Shown here piece by piece: positions 1 through 13,930 of a DNA stretch of 32,000 bases. The notes below the pieces were generated by a model, which worked only from the letters and a program-made list of their open reading frames with translations, made no database searches and was not told the origin of the DNA. The DNA comes from Candidatus Saccharimonadota bacterium. GTDB taxonomy: Bacteria; Pseudomonadota; Gammaproteobacteria; Enterobacterales; Enterobacteriaceae. How positions within the stretch are numbered: position 1 is the first letter of the stretch; each line of letters opens with the position of its first letter. A program made the position numbers and the translations under genes. The stretch lies in contig CP144768.1 of the NCBI GenBank assembly GCA_036689225.1, positions 217,311 to 249,310 on the forward strand, written 5' to 3'.

Positions 1-1546
<1,546 letters not shown>

Positions 1547-1581
1547 AAATAAATATTCCTAAATAAAATTTATAATAAATA

Positions 1582-5595
<4,014 letters not shown>

Positions 5596-5614
5596 ATAAA
5601 TTTACCTATGTAAT

Positions 5615-5989
5615 TTATTTTACAATAACTTTAGCACCAACTTCTTCTAAAGATTTTTTTAGTAAATTTAAATCATTTTCATTCATTTTTTTTTTTATTA
5701 AAATAGGACATGATTCAACTAAATCTTTTGCTTCTTTTAAACCTAAATTTAAAAAATTACGTATTATTTTTATAACTGCAATTTTATTATTACCTATAGA
5801 ATCTAAAAATAAATCAAATTCTTTTTTTTTAATTTCTTTTATTTCATTTTTACTATTATCATCATTATTTAATTGATAATCTTTAGAATTTATACCAAAC
5901 TTTTTTTCTATAGCATTAATTAATTCAATAATTTCAACTAATGTCATAGATGATATTTTATTTAAAATTTCTTCATTACTTATTTTCAT
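5615..5989 (-). CDS. rplL: 50S ribosomal protein L7/L12
   Basis: 124 aa. N-terminal dimerisation helix ..MTLVEIIELINAIEKKFGI and C-terminal domain ..LGLKEAKDLVE..EEVGAKVIVK. Lies in the rplJ-rplL-rpoB position. TAAGGT at 6001-6006 upstream of the ATG. Confidence 0.93.
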   Translation of the reverse strand: MKISNEEILNKISSMTLVEIIELINAIEKKFGINSKDYQLNNDDNSKNEIKEIKKKEFDLFLDSIGNNKIAVIKIIRNFLNLGLKEAKDLVESCPILIKKKMNENDLNLLKKSLEEVGAKVIVK

Positions 5990-6011
5990 ATATATATATT
6001 ACCTTAAAATA

Positions 6012-6509
6012 TTAAATTTTATTATTTTTAACAATTAATAAAACATTTAAAAATTTAATTATAGAAATATTTTTTATATAAAAAATTAAATATCTTAATG
6101 ATTTTTTAATATTATTCAATAATGAAATTTTTTTATGAATATTATAACTTACTAATTTTTTATTAATACAAATAGCATTTAATTTAATTTTATATTTATA
6201 TTTATATAAAAATTTTTCATAAATAAAAGAAGGATAACTATAAGATTTTAATGAATAAAATATTAATGTAGAACCAATAATTTTATTCTTTAAAAAACTT
6301 AATTTTAATTTATCTAAAACAATTTTAAACAATTTATTATATATAATAGAAATAAAAAATTTATTTTTATTACTATTTTTACGTAAAAAAACTAAATCAT
6401 TACATTTTAATTTATTAAAACTTATTATTAAAATAGAATAACATTTATTTATTCTACTTTTCATATTTAAAATATATTTTTTTTTATTTTTTAAATTTAA
6501 TGACATCAA
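6012..6509 (-). CDS. rplJ: 50S ribosomal protein L10 (highly diverged)
   Basis: 165 aa. MSLNLKNKK.. parallels E. coli MALNLQDKQ. Sits between rplA and rplL. Start is TTG 6509 or ATG 6506; AGGAA at 6512-6516. Confidence 0.8.
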   Translation of the reverse strand: MMSLNLKNKKKYILNMKSRINKCYSILIISFNKLKCNDLVFLRKNSNKNKFFISIIYNKLFKIVLDKLKLSFLKNKIIGSTLIFYSLKSYSYPSFIYEKFLYKYKYKIKLNAICINKKLVSYNIHKKISLLNNIKKSLRYLIFYIKNISIIKFLNVLLIVKNNKI

Positions 6510-6527
6510 TATTCCTATAAATATTAT

Positions 6528-7178
6528 TTAATTTAAATTAATTATATAATTTTTTCCCATAGTACTAGATATATTTATTTTTTTTATAAAAGAATTATTT
6601 TTTAATTTATTAAATTTATTTAATAAAATAGAATCTATTAAACAAGAAAAATTATTTAATAATTCTTTATTAGGAAAATTTATTTTTCCTATACTTATAT
6701 GAATAATTCCATATTTATCACTTTTATATATAATTTTACCTTTAATATAATCAGATATTGTATCTTTTAAATTATCAGTAATAGTACCTAAATTTATATT
6801 AGGCATTAATCCTTTAGGACCTAATATATAACCTAATTTACTAACAATATTAACATAATCAGAAGTACAAATTACTAAATCATATTTAATATTATTATTT
6901 TTAATTTTATTAAATAAATCATTATTACCAACAAAATATGCACCAGAATTATAAGCAATATCAAAATTAGATTTATTAGTAAATACAACTATATTTTTAT
7001 AAATATTTTTTTTATAAGGAAATAATACACTTCCATATATAATATTATTTAAATTTTTACTATTTTTTAAAGATAAATTTATACTAACATCTATTGATTC
7101 ATTAAATTTTTTTTTAGAATTTTCCTTTATTAAATTAAATATTTTAAAAATTTTTTCATTTGAATTATATTTTTTCAT
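6528..7178 (-). CDS. rplA: 50S ribosomal protein L1
   Basis: 216 aa. Motifs FNESIDVSINL, LGYILGPKGLMPN, GIIHISIGK and KKINISSTMG match E. coli L1 (FVESVDVAVNL, LGQVLGPRGLMPN, GIIHTTIGK, KKVSISTTMG). Confidence 0.93.
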   Translation of the reverse strand: MKKYNSNEKIFKIFNLIKENSKKKFNESIDVSINLSLKNSKNLNNIIYGSVLFPYKKNIYKNIVVFTNKSNFDIAYNSGAYFVGNNDLFNKIKNNNIKYDLVICTSDYVNIVSKLGYILGPKGLMPNINLGTITDNLKDTISDYIKGKIIYKSDKYGIIHISIGKINFPNKELLNNFSCLIDSILLNKFNKLKNNSFIKKINISSTMGKNYIINLN

Positions 7179-7202
7179 ATATTTTATAATTATTATTATT
7201 AT

Positions 7203-7631
7203 TTATTTCTTAATTTTAACTCCCATTGAAATAGCAGTACCAATAATAGATTTACAAACAGATTTTAAATTACAACTATTTGAATCAAAACATTTTATTT
7301 TAGCAATATCTAAAATAAAAGATTTTTTAATATATCCTATAAAATCATGACCAGGTTTTTTAGAACCAAAATTTATAGAAATATACTTTTTAATTAAATA
7401 AGATACTGGAGGACTTTTAGTAATAAAAGTAAAACTACGATCAGAATATATTTTAATTATTACTGGTATAGGAATACCTTTTTCCAAATTAGAAGTTTTT
7501 TCATTAAATAATTTACAAAATTGCATAATATTTATTCCTTTTTGACCTAATATAGGTCCAACAGGTGGACTAGGATTAGCCATTCCAGATAAAACTTGTA
7601 ATTTTACATAAACAATTTTTTTTTTAGACAT
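7203..7631 (-). CDS. rplK: 50S ribosomal protein L11
   Basis: 142 aa. KLQVLSGMANPSPPVGPILGQKGINIMQFCKLFNEKT is the canonical L11 N-terminal domain. Confidence 0.95.
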   Translation of the reverse strand: MSKKKIVYVKLQVLSGMANPSPPVGPILGQKGINIMQFCKLFNEKTSNLEKGIPIPVIIKIYSDRSFTFITKSPPVSYLIKKYISINFGSKKPGHDFIGYIKKSFILDIAKIKCFDSNSCNLKSVCKSIIGTAISMGVKIKK

Positions 7632-7651
7632 TTTTTTATAAATAATATATA

Positions 7652-8200
7652 TTAATAATTATTTTTTTCTACCTGAGAAAAATCTAATTCTACAGGAGTA
7701 GATCTACCAAATATTAAAACAGAAACTTTTAAACGATTTTTATCATAATCAATTTTTTCAACTGTACCACTAAAATCACAAAAAGGACCACTATTAACTC
7801 TTACTAATTCACCATATTCAAATAATATTTTTGGTCTAGGTTTACCACTTATTTTATTTAAATTATCCTTTATTATTTTAATCTCTTTTTCACTAACAGG
7901 AAAAGGATTACCTAAATTACCTCCAATAAAACCAACTATTTTAGGCATATTACGAATTAAATATCAATTTTTATTATTCATAATCATATTAATTAGAAAA
8001 TAACCAGGAAAAAATTTTTTTTTACTTTTTTTTTTAATACCATTTTTAATTTCAATAATTTCTTCAGTAGGAATTAAAATCTCTCCAAAATCATTTTCTA
8101 ATTTATATAATTTTATATAATCTTTTAAAGATTTTATAACTTTATCTTCAAAATTAGAAAAAACCTGTATAACATATCATAATTTTTTTTTAATTTTCAT
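7652..8200 (-). CDS. nusG: Transcription termination/antitermination factor NusG
   Basis: Track ORF 7652..7948 extends upstream through two in-frame TGA codons to the ATG at 8200. Reads [64 protein letters not shown], with a KOW region [43 protein letters not shown]. Confidence 0.93.
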
Positions 8201-8218
8201 AATCTAAAAACCTAAATT

Positions 8219-8548
8219 ATTAATAAAAAAAAATATATATAATATAAATTTATCAATTAATCAAATAATAATTGATATAATTAAACTAAAAATAAAAACT
8301 ATAAATATATTTTTAATTATTTCATTATAAGAAGGTCAAATAATTTTTAAAATTTCCAATTTTGTTTTCTTTAAAAAAAAAATTATTTTTTTAATAAAAA
8401 AATAATTTTTAAATAAATAAAAAAATAAAAAAGAAAAAAAAAAATTCAAAATAAAATTATATTTATATAAAAAAAAATAATATATAAATAATAAAGTAAA
8501 AGAATATAAATTTATTTTATTAAAATAAGTATTCATTAATATATACAT
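8219..8548 (-). CDS. secE: Preprotein translocase subunit SecE (start uncertain)
   Basis: Track ORF 8336..8548 continues through the TGAs at 8336-8338 and 8261-8263 to TAA 8219-8221. ..TKLEILKIIWPSYNEIIKNIFIVFIFSLIISIIIWLIDKFIL parallels E. coli SecE ..[38 protein letters not shown]. Lies immediately upstream of nusG. Confidence 0.7.
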
Positions 8549-8590
8549 AAATTAAAATTGTTAATAACAACAAAAATTTATTTAAAATAT

Positions 8591-9628
8591 TTATTTATAA
8601 AAATATTTATTAAAAAAAATAATTTTAATTTCTAATTCTAATAAAATATTAAATTTACTAAATATTTTATTTTTAATAAAATTAATTAATATTAATATAT
8701 CTTTAGATAAAGCATTACCAATATTAACAATAATTAAAGGCTGTTTTTCATATATTTTAGCTCTACCAATAGTATAACCTTTTAAACCACACTTATCAAT
8801 TAATAAAGCAGCAGGTATTTTAACATATTTATCAAAAAAATTAAATTTAAAATTACTAAAAAAATTATAATATTTATTTCTTAATTTAAAAAATTTTTTA
8901 ATACTAATAACTGGATTTTTAAAAATACTACCAATATTACCTAATATTTTAGGATTTGGAATTTTTTTATTTCTTAAATTAAGAATAACATTATATATAT
9001 AATAAGGTTTAATATTAAAATTAAATGAATTAAAATAATATAATAAATCTTTATACACTAAACAAGGTTTTCATTTTTTTTTAATTTTTAATATAACATT
9101 TATTATAATATAACGTTTATAAAAAAAATTTTTAAATATACTATATCTATAAGAAAAATTACATTGATAACAATTAATATAAAATATTAAACCAGTATAT
9201 ATATCCAAAATTTTTACATAAAAAACAAAATTTTTTATTTCACAACCATAAGCACCTACATTATTAATTATAGCAGAACCCATAGTTCCAGGTATACCTG
9301 ATAAATTTTCTAAACCAAAAATTTCATTATTTAATGAAAAATTTATTACATCAATTAATAATTCTCCAGAATTTATACTTAAAAATCAAAAATCTAAATT
9401 TTGAAAAATTTTAATACCTTTAATTTTATTTATAATAACAGTACCATAAAAATCTTCCATTAATAAAATATTACTACCTTCACCTAATATAATTGTAATT
9501 ATATTATTTTTATAATTTCATAATAATATTTTTTTAAGTTCATAAATAGTTTTAATTATATAAATATTATTAGCATAAACATTAATACCAAAAGTATTAA
9601 ATTTTTTTAAAGAATTTAAACTATTCAT
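8591..9628 (-). CDS. murB: UDP-N-acetylenolpyruvoylglucosamine reductase
   Basis: Track ORFs 8591..9058 and 9071..9283 plus upstream sequence join in frame (345 aa). [17 protein letters not shown].., [49 protein letters not shown] (E. coli LPKEWQPVLTYGDL), [23 protein letters not shown]. Confidence 0.9.
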
Positions 9629-9639
9629 ATTTTTAAAAT

Positions 9640-10098
9640 TAATTAAATAAAATTAATTTTTTTTTTTCAAATTTTATAAAAAAAATATTTTTCATACATT
9701 AACATAATTTTATAATCATAATATTTATTATGATCAAAATTTAATAAATGTAATAAACCATGTATTAAAAGATAAGAAAAATAAAAAAAATAATTTATAT
9801 TTTTATATTTAGTTATCTTATATATTTCAGAAGGACATAAAATAATATCTCCTAATAAATTATTTTCAATATTTCAATAATAAGAAAAAGATAAAATATC
9901 AGTAACATAATTTTTATATTTATATTTTTTATTTAAAAAAATCATATCTTTAGAATTTAATATAACTATACATATAAATTTTTTAATTTTAAAAAATATA
10001 TAAATTTCTTTTAAAATTTTAATAAAAAATTTTTTTTTAGGTATTAAATTATAATTTTTATAAAAATAAATTATATTAAAATTTAAATTATTAATCAT
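9640..10098 (-). CDS. ybeY: Endoribonuclease YbeY (16S rRNA maturation)
   Basis: Track ORF 9874..10098 continues through the TGA at 9874-9876. Contains ..DILSFSYYW..GDIILCP.. and the metal-binding motif LLIHGLLHLLNFDH (H-x-x-x-H-x-x-x-x-x-H). A second TGA at 9667-9669 reads through to TAA 9640-9642. Lies downstream of miaB as in E. coli. Confidence 0.85.
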
Positions 10099-10106
10099 AT
10101 ATCATA

Positions 10107-10271
10107 TTATTCATCTATTAAATTTTCATAATTATTATATATTTTAATAATATTATCTACAATATTAAAACATATTATATCATTATTATTAAAATAAATT
10201 ATACTTATATTATTTAATAATTTATAAATTTTTATAATATTTTCAAAAAAAAATAATATTTTTAAATAAAT
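10107..10271 (-). pseudogene. Probable relic of the C-terminal end of ybeZ (PhoH-like ATPase)
   Basis: A start-less ~54-codon open frame ends at TAA 10107-10109, 9 bp before ybeY. ..LLNNISIIYFNNNDIICFNIVDNIIKIYNNYENLIDE aligns without gaps to the PhoH-family C-terminal pattern F-x-x-x-D-V-V-R-H-P-L-V-x-x-I-V-x-A-Y-E, but RHP is replaced by CFN. The rest of the spacer up to 10618 has stops in every frame. The position between miaB and ybeY matches E. coli miaB-ybeZ-ybeY. Confidence 0.45.
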
Positions 10272-10618
10272 TTATTTAAAATAAATTATTATTTATAAAT
10301 ATTTTAAAATTAAAATTTAAGCAATTTAAAAATATTCTTATTTAAAAAATAATAATATTTTAAATTTATTTAAAATTATAAAAATTATTAAAAATTATAC
10401 CTCTTATATAAATTAAAAAAATAACTTATATAATATTATTAAATAAATATTTTTATAAAAATTAAATTCTAAAATTTTAAATAAAATATCATATATAAAT
10501 AATAAATAAAAATCTATTTTTTATTAAAATTTTTAAATAAATAATTTAATTTTTTCATTAATTTTAATTAAAAAAATCTAATTAAAATAATTTTATTTAT
10601 TTTTTCTTTTAAAAATAA

Positions 10619-11950
10619 TTAAAATATTAATCCATATAATGAATTTTTATTATTATTCATTATTTTAATACTTAAAATTTTGCCTATTAAATTATATCTA
10701 TTACTTTTAAAATAAACAATTTTATTGTTAAAACAACGACCATAATAATAATTATTATTTTTTGTATAACCTTCTACTAAAACTTTTTGAATACTTTTAA
10801 GCATTTTTTTACTTCAATAAATAGAATTTTTATTTAATAAATATTGAATTTTATATAATCTATTTTTTTTTATTAATATAGAAATATTATCTTTTACATT
10901 ATATGATTTAGTTCCTTCTCTAGGAGAATATATAAAAACATAACTATTATCAAATTTAATTTCTTTAATTAAATCTAAAGTTAATTTAAAATCATAATTA
11001 TTTTCAGAAGGAAAACCAACTATAAAATCAGATCCAAATAACATATTTGGTCTTATATCTAACAATTTATATATAATATTTTTATAATATTCTATAGAAT
11101 AATTTCTTCTCATAATATTTAAAATTCTATTAGAACCACTTTGTACAGGTAAATGTAAATAATCAACTATTTTAGGAATATTTTTATAACATAAAATAAC
11201 ATCTTTTGTAAAATCTATTGGATGACTACTAGTAAATTTAATTCTTTTAATTTTATCTATTTCAGAAATTAAATTTAATAAATATGAAAAATTACATTTT
11301 TTACCATTTTTAAAATAACTAAAATAAGAATTAACATTTTGACCTAATAAATTAACTTCACATATACCTTTAGAAACTAAATAATATATTTCAGAAATTA
11401 TTTCTTCAGGAGAACGACTTATTTGTCTTCCTCTAGTATAAGGAACAACACAATAAGAACAAAACTTATTACATCCTTCCATAATAGTAACAAAAGTATT
11501 AGATATAAAATTAATATCTTTATTAAAAAAATTAATATTTTTATTAATATTTTTAGAAAATTTTACATCAACTATTTTTTTTTTATATTTATAAAAATTT
11601 TTCAATAAAAATGGAATATTTTTAATATTATGTGTACCACAAATAATATCAATAATATTAGATTTTATAAACAATTTTTCTTTATCTTTAGAAGCTATAC
11701 AACCACATACAATAATAATTAAATCATTATTTTTTTTTTTTTCTTTTTTAATTTCATTTAAATAAGAAAATAACTTATTTTCTGCTTTTTTTCTTACAGA
11801 ACAAGTATTTAAAATTACTATATCAGAATTTAATCAAGAATTAATCAAAAAATATTTTTTTGACGAATTAAATAAATATGAAATAATTTTATTAGAATCA
11901 TATTTATTAATTTGACATCCTCATGTTTTTATATATACTTTTTTATACAT
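10619..11950 (-). CDS. miaB: tRNA-2-methylthio-N6-dimethylallyladenosine synthase (radical SAM)
   Basis: Track ORFs 10619..10804 and 10814..11674 plus upstream sequence are in one frame (443 aa). MYKKVYIKTWGCQINKYDS.., ILNTCSVRKKAE, radical-SAM site TIMEGCNKFCSYCVVPYTRGRQISR, NLLGQNVNSY, and a TRAM-like C-terminus. Confidence 0.93.
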
Positions 11951-11989
11951 AACAAAAAAAATTATATTAACTAATAAAATAAAATAAAA

Positions 11990-12063
11990 TAGCTACGACA
12001 GGAATTGAACCTGTGATCTCAGCGTTATGAATGCTGTGCTCTAACCAACTAAGCTACGTAGCC
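11990..12063 (-). tRNA. tRNA-Met (anticodon CAU), elongator-like; Ile2/lysidine identity cannot be excluded from sequence alone
   Basis: Reverse complement ggctacgtagcttagttggttagagcacagcattcataacgctgagatcacaggttcaattcctgtcgtagcta folds as a cloverleaf. Acceptor and D arm are almost identical to E. coli metT/metU as I remember them. Anticodon loop ttCATaa. No encoded CCA. Confidence 0.85.
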
Positions 12064-12075
12064 ATTAAATATTTT

Positions 12076-12146
12076 AAGGGATACCAGGATTTGAACCTGG
12101 GTTCTCGGGATCAAAACCCGATGCCTTACCACTTGGCTATATCCCA
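12076..12146 (-). tRNA. tRNA-Gln (anticodon UUG)
   Basis: Reverse complement tgggatatagccaagtggtaaggcatcgggttttgatcccgagaacccaggttcaaatcctggtatccctt. Anticodon stem tcggg/cccga, loop ttTTGat. Resembles E. coli tRNA-Gln. Ends are +/-1 nt. No encoded CCA. Confidence 0.85.
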
Positions 12147-12153
12147 ATATTAT

Positions 12154-12235
12154 TACGGAAGACGAGATTTGAACTCGTATACAATTAAGTACTAGACTCT
12201 AATTCTAGTGCGTCTACCAATTTCGCCACTTCCGC
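12154..12235 (-). tRNA. tRNA-Leu (anticodon UAG), long variable arm
   Basis: Reverse complement gcggaagtggcgaaattggtagacgcactagaattagagtctagtacttaattgtatacgagttcaaatctcgtcttccgta. Anticodon stem ctaga/tctag, loop atTAGag. Class II variable arm. No encoded CCA. Confidence 0.88.
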
Positions 12236-12279
12236 TATATAAAATTAAATAATAACATAAATATATTATATAATATATC

Positions 12280-13155
12280 ATGGAAATTAAATTATTTTCA
12301 CATTTATTTAAATATTGTTTAAATTTATTTAAAAAAAGTAATATATATTATGGTCATAATACCTATAATTATATATCAGAAACTATACATTTACTATATT
12401 CAATATTAAATATAAATATTAATACAAAATATAAAAAAATAAAAAATTTATATATAAATAAAAAAAATAAAAATAAAATAATAAATTTAGCAAAATTAAG
12501 AATTAAAAAAAAAATACCTATTGCATATTTAACTAAAAATACATGATTTTGTAAAAGAAAAATATATATAAATAAAAATGTTTTAATACCAAGATCACCA
12601 ATATCTGAAATAATAAATAAAAAATTTAAAAATATAAAAAAAAAACCAAAATATATTTTAGATTTATGTACAGGAAGTGGATGTATAGCTATAGCTTGTT
12701 CATATTTATATCCAAAATCATATATAGATGCTTCAGATATATCTATATCTGCATTAAAAATAACAAAAAAAAATATTAAATTACATAAAAAAAATAATAA
12801 AATAAAAATAATAAAATCTGATTTATATAAAAATATAAAAAATAAAAAATATGATTTAATAATATCAAATCCTCCTTATTTAAGTAAAAGAGAAATAAAA
12901 TATTTACCTAAAGAATATTTCTATGAACCTAAAATAGCATTAATAACTAAAAATAATGGATTATATATAATTCAAAAAATAATTAAAAAATCATATAAAT
13001 TTTTAAAAAAAAATGGTTATTTAATATGTGAAGTAGGAAATAAAAAAAAAATAATATTAAAAAAAAATAAAAAAATTAAATTTAATTGATTTAATTTAAA
13101 AAATAAAAATAATAATATATTTTATATAAAAAAAAATAAATTAAAGATTAAATAA
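12280..13155 (+). CDS. prmB: Ribosomal protein L3 glutamine N5-methyltransferase (PrmB/YfcB type, not PrmC)
   Basis: Track ORF 12280..12546 continues through the TGAs at 12544-12546 and 13087-13089 to TAA 13153-13155 (291 aa). [61 protein letters not shown] and LICEVGNK match E. coli PrmB ([69 protein letters not shown]) rather than PrmC. Confidence 0.88.
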
Positions 13156-13929
13156 ATTAATAAAATTATTATAACAATTTTTTAATAAAATATTAAAACT
13201 TATTTTTTTTAATTTTGAAATTTTTTTAATTATAAAAATAATTTTACTAGGATCATTTTTTTTATTTCTATAAGGTACCGGGCTTAAAAAAGGAGAATCA
13301 GTTTCAAATAATAATCTATCTAAAGGAATATATTTTACAATATTTTGTAATAAAATATTATTATTAAATGTTACTAAACCAGATAAAGAAATATATAAAC
13401 CTAAATCTAAAAATTTATGTAAAATCCTTTTTTCATGATAATTAAAACAATGTAAAACTGCACCAAAATTATTAATATTAAATCTTTTAATTATATTTAA
13501 TGTATCTAAATATGATAATCTAGAATGAATAATACAAGGCATTTTATATTTATTTGATAAATATAATTGTTTTAAAAATATTTTTATTTGTTTTTTTTTA
13601 TTTAAATTATTAATATTTTTATAATCTAAACCACATTCTCCTATAGCTATAACATTTTTAAAAAATATTATTTTTTTAAATAAAGAAAAATCACCTTTTT
13701 CTATATATTTTATATATAATGGATGAATACCACATGATAATTTAATTATATTCTGATTTATATACGATATCATTGAAAATATAATAAAAAAATTTTTAAT
13801 ACTTGTAGAAATAGATAACAAATATTTAATCTTTTTTTTTTTTAAAAAAGATATAAAATAATTTATATTATTAGATAAAATTTTATAATCAAGTTTATCT
13901 ATATGACAATGAGAATCAAATAAAAACAT
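13141..13929 (-). CDS. tatD: TatD-family metal-dependent hydrolase (YcfH-like)
   Basis: MFLFDSHCHIDKL (E. coli YcfH MFLVDSHCHLD), ..IGECGLDY.., ..PCIIHSR.., ..LHCF.., ..ETDSPFLSPVPYRNKKNDP. An alternative upstream ATG at 13941 would overlap the holB stop. Downstream of holB as in E. coli. Confidence 0.88.
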   Translation of the reverse strand: MFLFDSHCHIDKLDYKILSNNINYFISFLKKKKIKYLLSISTSIKNFFIIFSMISYINQNIIKLSCGIHPLYIKYIEKGDFSLFKKIIFFKNVIAIGECGLDYKNINNLNKKKQIKIFLKQLYLSNKYKMPCIIHSRLSYLDTLNIIKRFNINNFGAVLHCFNYHEKRILHKFLDLGLYISLSGLVTFNNNILLQNIVKYIPLDRLLFETDSPFLSPVPYRNKKNDPSKIIFIIKKISKLKKISFNILLKNCYNNFINLFNL

Positions 13930-13930
13930 A

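Noticed and set aside
10099-10618. The long A/T-only spacer as a replication origin, or as the site of a small RNA gene
   Set aside because: I saw no DnaA-box-like TTATCCACA/TGTGGATAA motifs. There is no G+C-enriched patch of the kind that marks every tRNA here. The small palindromes (for example aaataaatttattt) are expected by chance at this composition. The ybeZ-relic explanation fits the synteny better.
11423-11608. 61-aa plus-strand ORF from the track
   Set aside because: It is antisense to the conserved radical-SAM core of miaB and is a low-complexity chance ORF.
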